From Octopus sinensis (taxonomy: Eukaryota): 64,000 bases of DNA. The stretch spans positions 7,102 to 71,101 of the forward strand of contig NW_021833909.1 of NCBI RefSeq assembly GCF_006345805.1. Reading direction: 5' to 3'. Numbering within the stretch: the first letter of the stretch is position 1; every line of letters starts with the position of its first letter. This document shows, in pieces, positions 57,141 through 64,000 of the stretch. The notes beneath the pieces were generated by a model. It was not told where the DNA came from, searched no databases, and saw nothing but the letters and a program-made list of their open reading frames with translations. The position numbers were made by a program, and so were the translations under genes.

Positions 57141-57382
57141 ATTTCTTTACTACCCACAAGGGGCTAAGCACAGAGTGGACAAACAAGGGCAGACAAACGG
57201 ATTAAGTCGATTATATCGACCCCAGTGCGTAACAGGTACTTAATTTATCGACCCCGAAAGGATGAAAGGAAAAGTCGACCTCAAATTCCGCCGAGGTCGA
57301 CTTTGCCTTTCATCCTTTCGGGGTCGATAAATTGAGTACCAGTTACGCACTGGGGTCGATATAATCGACTTAATCCGTTTGT
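57141..57382. mobile_element. Head-to-head SINE-A foldback (minus 57141-57282, plus 57283-57382)
   Basis: 90-bp arms 57193-57282 and 57293-57382 with 3 mismatches around a 10-nt loop AAATTCCGCC. Confidence 0.9.
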
Positions 57383-57677
57383 AGTACCATACGAGTGAGA
57401 TCGCTGCCAAGGCAACAGGCTGGCTTCCGTGCCCATGGCACGTAAAACACACTCCATTCGAGCATGGTCGTTACCTGCGCCGCCTTACTGGCACTTGTGC
57501 TGGTGGCACGCGGTGCCGAGTAGATACACGTATTAGGAATTCTACTGAGAAGAACAGGGAGAAATAATTCACTTCAGTCTTAAGTAGGTGCCGGCACGGA
57601 ATTTAAAACTGTGATTAGAGAAATTTGAAAGTAGTAACTAGGAAAAAATAAGCAAAATCATATTCAAATATATATAA

Positions 57678-58073
57678 CTAGCAGTATCGCCCGGCGTTGC
57701 TCGGGTTTGTAAGGGAAATAACTATATAAGCATTTTTAGAGAGTTATAGCCAAAAAATAGCAAAAAAATGCATTAAAAATGGAAAGAAAATGATGATAGA
57801 TTTATTTTTAAATCGTTGACTCATCGTAGAGATTTTTAGAGAGTTACTTCCCTTATATAATAGCCAAAAAATGCATTAAAATTGTAAAAATGATAGTAAT
57901 TTTTTTTTAAATCGTAGACTCATTGTAGACGCGCGCTAATACCCAGAAGGGCTCGATATGAATCACGACTATAAGATACCCGCTTTTGGTTACACTGCAC
58001 CGCAAAATGTGGGAGTAGTTAGGGATCTAAATCGTAGGAGACAGACACACAACTTGACTTTTATATATAAAGA
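57678..58073 (-). mobile_element. Non-autonomous Helitron (~396 bp)
   Basis: On the minus strand it starts TC (TCTTTATATATAAAAG) and ends CTAG, with the subterminal hairpin CCCGAGCAACGCCGGG 8 nt upstream. It sits between host A and T, has no TSD and contains an internal ~100-bp tandem duplication. Confidence 0.85.
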
Positions 58074-59161
58074 TATTTGCACTTTTCAGTAGTGGAGATG
58101 CGCCGTGGAAGCGAAAATGAAACCACGTGTTTAGGGAGCGACGTATTACCTAAGTAGCTTTATATAGGACAATAGTGAGAATGTATACATATATGTGTAT
58201 GTGTGCGTGTGAGTCTCTGTGTGTGTGTGTGTGCGTGGTAGTTTTACACGCTTTCAGGAATACACTACCAGTAAAAAATCTTTATATTGCTTCCCAAATT
58301 TCATCAGATTTTACGTTAACGTCTCTCTTCCAGTAAAAGAAAGGTAAACACCGACACGAGAAGGAAATCTAAACAAAATATAAAAACAGAAAACAAAACG
58401 AAAAGAAAAAAAATGAACTATTAAAACCAAGCGGCTAATATACTTCATGAAATTCCCCGATATTATTTACTCTCCTACAAAATTTATCTTAAATTATTGC
58501 ATACCATTTCAGCACAAAGAACGAAAACAAAAAATTGAATCGAGAAGCGAAGACGTTGGAAAATGATATATTTGAAATACATACCCATGGCTTCGGGGGA
58601 CAGTTAATGTTAATAAGATTCATGTATAGGAAATCATTGCTTTATTTTTATATATGATACGCAGATATATCAGTGTGAGAAAGATAACATTACTGCCACG
58701 CTAAACATAGCATACGATATCCTACCATTATAGCGATCAGCTTGTAAACTGGCGAAATGCAATTAATGTGGTTTGATAGGCCCAGAATCAGAGGAAAATA
58801 ATGTGTTTCTGTGCATGCACATGTGTGTGTATATATATGGGTGTATGTGTGTGTATATATATATGTGTGTATGTGTGTGTGTGTGCGCTGTAAAAAACAG
58901 TGAGAATGACAGTAGATGGCGGTAGTGGGTGAAAAAGATGCAGGGCCAGCAGAAGGAAAAAGATGAGACAGCACAGCGTTAATATGATACAGGAGTGAAC
59001 GCATGCGTGAATGACGAGAATTTAGGAGAGGTGTATATTACGTTATCGTGTAACTGATTAAATGCCGTGCGTCGTATAGTTACATAATGCAAACAAGAAT
59101 GTACATACATGTATGAATACATACATGTATGCATACATACATGCATACACACACACACACA

Positions 59162-59236
<75 letters not shown>

Positions 59237-59478
59237 TTCTGTTATATATATATAGATGTATATACGTAATTATATTTATGCGGCGTATACGCATATACAT
59301 ACATAAGCATATATACATACACACATATATAGAGACATACACGTGTATATCTCTATATTCTCTATAAGCATGATGGACATGTTGGTAGATGTTAGCTTGA
59401 TTATATTTCACAGACAAATACAAACATATGCCCTGGTATGTAAGACTAATAGATGTTTATACGTACACGCACACACAC

Positions 59479-59520
<42 letters not shown>

Positions 59521-59722
59521 CCAAACGCTCATATATATGTAAGAAAAACATATAACAAACATTAATGCACACCCACATAAAAATATTGCACATGCATATT
59601 ATATAAGGCGTGCAAGCGTGCACACACAAACTCACGGAAATGTGCAGAGACACAATCCAGAAATGCGTTCATCTATAATGTACACACATGCGTACAACCC
59701 CATATATATGTATATTATATAT

Positions 59723-59789
<67 letters not shown>

Positions 59790-59969
59790 CACGGTGGTGG
59801 TATGCATATATGCGGGTATGAGCTACATGTGAAGTACATGTTGCACACAACGTCATGTGTACTGCACTACAGAAAACGTGTGCGTGTGTATATATATTTG
59901 CATGAATACTGTGATATAGATGCATAGTTATAAATACGCATATTTTTATGTTTAACTCTCTCTCTCTCT

Positions 59970-60039
<70 letters not shown>

Positions 60040-60081
60040 GGTATATATATATAGTATATATATATATGTATAATATATATG

Positions 60082-60150
<69 letters not shown>

Positions 60151-60151
60151 G

Positions 60152-60207
<56 letters not shown>

Positions 60208-61279
60208 CGTATATACATCCCTATGTAGTAATTCGTGAATGCATTTTTAGGTGTAATGTCAATTTAATGTGTTAATAGATTAAAGATTTAGTTTTGCTTC
60301 TGCCTATTTCCTTTATATTTAGAGAGAGAAAAAGAAAGAAAAAATAAACAGAAGGAAGAGGTAAAAGTTTATTAGCTTTCCGAGGCGGAGATGAATCACA
60401 TAGAACAGCTTATCCTTCACGGCTGAATGCCTCATCCTAATTATCTAACATGTTTTCATATTATTCCACATAGATGCTTACAAACGCGTAATTAACTTGT
60501 TTTTTTTTGTTGTTTTTACAAGTTGTTTAGCTTTCAGTGTTCTAAACACATCGCCATACGCCATATCATATAGTTTTTGTTTCGTTGTTTGCAATAACTG
60601 TGCGTTTTTCTAAGAACAAAATGTTATTCCGTTGTTGTGAAAGGGAAGGGAAAGCGCATGACCAATGCAAGGCCACAGATTCTTGTTTAAGACTTGTGAA
60701 ATTTAAACCGTGGTTCATATTACCTTCGCGGATTTAGTTTTGAATGCCAACACCGTATTTCTTCAAACCGTGAAGCTAAATGTTGGTATTATATTTTCGA
60801 ATACAATAATGGTTATATACACAAGCACGGTATAACAATATTGAGTAAACGAGGCTTTGCCTTATAACTACCAACGAAGAACAAGAAGATTGACAACCGA
60901 GTGTTTATGCATAACTTTGTTTCGTCCAAATTCACGATAATCAACCAAGAAATAGCTTAATAATTGGAACCAGAAAAGCGGATATATCCGGTAAAAATTG
61001 TATTACTGTTAACTGCCTGCGGAAAGCCGTTTTAGCCAATTGTTTCGATAATCCATCTCCTTATGCTTATGCAACGAGAAGGAGAGACACATCAAAGGGC
61101 ACATTAAGCAAAACGAAAAGGAAGGGTTTTTTTTTAGAGTTTCTTAATTTTGTCATATTTTTCATCGAATATGTCTTTACAGAAAATGAATAAAATTTAT
61201 TTAATGGAGAATATAAAAAAAAAATCATTCAGCTATACTGCAGTTATCTAGACACGTATATTCATACAAAATTACATAG

Positions 61280-61670
61280 AAATGAGTCGGGAATTACAAA
61301 TACAACCGGTAAGTGGTACAGTGAAGATATAAAAGACCTTTCGCAAGTCCCTACGACAGAACTTTGTAGCTCCTTCGTCAGAAGAAGATTTTAAATAAAT
61401 AAAACCAGAAGAGATCATACATATATACAACAAACCTGATATAATGATTTGGGATTGAGAAAAGAAACTGTGTACAGATGTGGAAACCAGCTGCCCAGTG
61501 GATGTTAACATAAAAACTGAAGATCAGGGAAAAAGAGAATACCTACACTGAACAATTGAGAAATCTGCTGTTACTCTATCTGGGCTACACGTTCAGGTTT
61601 ATACTTGTAATTATTGGGGCCCAAGGATATATAACACACTGCCTAAATACCAATAGGTATGCAAATAGTT
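61280..61670 (+). pseudogene. R4/Dong-type restriction-like endonuclease (RLE) C-terminal remnant
   Basis: NKPDIMIWD*EKKLCTDVETSCPVDVNI and LRNLLLLYLGYTFRFILVIIGAQG fit the PD-(D/E) RLE domain of R2/R4-group elements. Confidence 0.75.
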
Positions 61671-61861
61671 GTTGCATGATTATGTGATCAGGGTTTAAGT
61701 TTGCATCACGTTTATAACTAGAAACTCGTTAAGGGACTTTGATCGGGGGAAGACGTAGATGGAGAAGTATAAGGAAGATAATGGGGAAATAAAGATTAAA
61801 GGGACGGAGAGATAGAGAATGCATGATCTCGTTTGGCCCTGTAATGGTTATAAATAGAATT

Positions 61862-62244
61862 GGAAGCACTCCGTCTGTTACGACGACGGGGGTTCCGGTT
61901 GATCCGAATCAACGGAACAGCCTGCTCGTGAAATTAACGTGTAAGTGGCTGAGCACTCCACAGCACGTGTACCCTTAACGTAGTTCTCGGGGATATTCAG
62001 CGTGACACAGAGAGTGACAAGGCCGGCCCCTTGAAATATAGGTACACCAGAAACAGGAAGTAAGAGAGAGAGAAAGTTGTGGTGAAAGAGTACAGCAGGG
62101 ATCACCACCATCCCCTGCTGGAGCCTCGTGGAACTTTATGTGTTTTCGCTCAATAAACACTCACAACGCCCGGTCTGGGAATCGAAACCGCGATCCTATG
62201 ACCGCGAGTCCGCTGCCCTAACCACTGGGCCATTGCGCCTCCAC
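61862..62244 (-). mobile_element. tRNA-derived SINE family C, full length with 14-bp TSD
   Basis: Minus head GTGGAGGCGCAATGGCCCAGTGGTTAGGGCAGCGGACTCGCGGTC...GTTTCGATTCCC. TTATAAATAGAATT at 61848-61861 and 62245-62258. Confidence 0.9.
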
Positions 62245-62769
62245 TTATAAATAGAATTAACGTTGTTTGTAAATACTGATATCCAACGTTAATAAAAGGA
62301 AATAGTAATAACAGAAAATGGTTACCGAATTAAACTTTTCGCTCTCTGATCGAATTTGCCTTATTTGGTAATCATCTGGCATTATGTCATTTTTCTTGAG
62401 AAGTTCTAATTGTTAATACTTACCTGTATTTACTAGATGCAAATATTTTTGCTTTATGTAACACTATTTTTTCAAAGAAATATCACGGCTGAAACAGTTG
62501 TAGTGAAACACAAAGTGTCATGTTTCTAAGTCGAGACCTTTAATTCGTTTGGGTCTGGAGTCTATAGATGGCAGTGCAATAGGTGAGGAGAGTCTGCCAA
62601 TGTATGACATGGATATTGCGTTGTGTATTCATTCAGCCACTTATGAATGCATGTATAACCGGAGAACAAATTCGCGTTCACTTTAGTGAGTACGTATTTC
62701 TTCTTACACAATAACACTATCACAGGTCATACCATGCTACTTTCTCTGTTCAAACATCTGGTTCTTGGA

Positions 62770-62790
62770 ATTTATTATTTTTATTATTAA

Positions 62791-62825
<35 letters not shown>

Positions 62826-62853
62826 GAATTATTATTATTAGAATTATTATTAT

Positions 62854-62889
<36 letters not shown>

Positions 62890-62935
62890 GTAGTAGTAGT
62901 AGTAGTAGAAATAGTAATAGTAGTAGTAGTAATTT
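62770..62935. repeat. (TAT)n/(TAG)n compound microsatellite
   Basis: Direct reading. Confidence 0.95.
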
Positions 62936-63130
62936 GTTGCTGCAGTAGTTATTTGAGCTGGAAATATTTTCCATACTGGTACATAAAATGTTTCTCTCTT
63001 CATAGGCGTGCAGATAGCAAAATACGATCAAATACTTTCTTCTGCCAATCACATCTCTTTATCTTTCTTCCTTTCGTTATATGTATTCATACATTCGTAT
63101 GTGGATATTATATATATATATATATAAACA

Positions 63131-63303
63131 TAGGCGCAGGAGTGGCTCTGTGGTAAGTATCTTGCTAACCAACCACATGGTTCCGGGTTCAGTCCCACTG
63201 CGTGGCATCTTGGGCAAGTGTCTTCTGCTATAGCCCCGGGCCGACCAATGCCTTGTGAGTGGATTTGGTTGATGGAAACTGAAAGAAGCCTGTCGTATAT
63301 ATG

Positions 63304-63334
<31 letters not shown>

Positions 63335-63575
63335 TATATATATAATATATTGGTGTGTATATGTTTGTGTGTCTGTGTTTGTCCCCCTAGCATTGCTTGA
63401 CAACCGATGCTAGTGTGTTTACGTCCCCGTCACTTAGCGGTTCGGCAAAAGAGACCGATAGAATAAGTACTGGGCTTACAAAAAGAATAAGTCCCGGGGG
63501 CGATTTGCTCGACTAAAGGCGGTGCTCCAGCATGGCCGCAGTCAAATGACTGAAACAAGTAAAAGAGTAAAAGAG
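63131..63575 (+). mobile_element. SINE family B (CORE-like), full length with internal (TA)n
   Basis: A-box TGGCTCTGTGGTAAG, B-box GGTTCAGTCC, CORE-like CTTGGGCAAGTG, internal TA tract ~63296-63350 and an (AAAAGAGT)n-type 3' end. Confidence 0.92.
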
Positions 63576-63601
63576 TATATGTATATATGCGCGTGTGAAT
63601 A

Positions 63602-63696
<95 letters not shown>

Positions 63697-64000
63697 TCGT
63701 TGATTTATGCGTGAGTGTAAGTTATTTTCTAATTGTCATGTTAGTTTTGTTTCGTATATTATTTTATGTCGCTATTTCATCTTTGGTTTGTTTTTGTTTT
63801 CTGTAAGGTTCTGGTAGCCATATTGATCCGTCTATTTCTGTCTTTCATTGATCAAATATTAACCATCGCCTACTCGTAATTCTTGTTTTCGTTCCATTCA
63901 CCCTCAACCCTAACTACTTTCTCATTCATTTCCACCAAGTATTATCACAATCAGCTCTCTATATTAATCTATTCTGTCATACATACTTTCAGTCACAACA

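Noticed and set aside
57505-57515. 11-nt match to miR-124 (GGCACGCGGTG)
   Set aside because: Partial match inside a dispersed-repeat-like segment. It lacks the TAA 5' end and has no precursor hairpin.

Overview
AT-rich eukaryotic DNA dense in microsatellites ((TA)n, (CA)n, (TATC)n, (TACA)n, (GAA)n, (CAT)n, (TAA)n). The repeat types and SINE families resemble a coleoid cephalopod genome, probably Octopus; this is an inference from recall, not a search. I cannot support any intact host protein-coding gene, tRNA/rRNA gene, CRISPR array or prokaryotic-type system. Almost all supplied ORFs are translated microsatellites. The window reads as a large intron or intergenic region full of mobile-element debris: at least three tRNA-derived SINE families (called A, B, C here), decayed non-LTR retrotransposons (R4/Dong-like RT and RLE, L1/Tx1-like RT, RTE, CR1/L2-type 3' ends), a Tc1/mariner transposase remnant, a non-autonomous Helitron, palindromic MITE/foldback elements and Penelope-like terminal repeats with hammerhead-like words. 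The most notable structures are (i) multimeric SINE-A insertions with a recurrent GTATT junction, one flanked by a single 13-bp TSD; (ii) several long near-perfect hairpins, including a ~290-bp palindrome inside a ~955-bp tandem duplication that may be an assembly artefact; and (iii) hammerhead-core relics. I found no clearly novel biological system.
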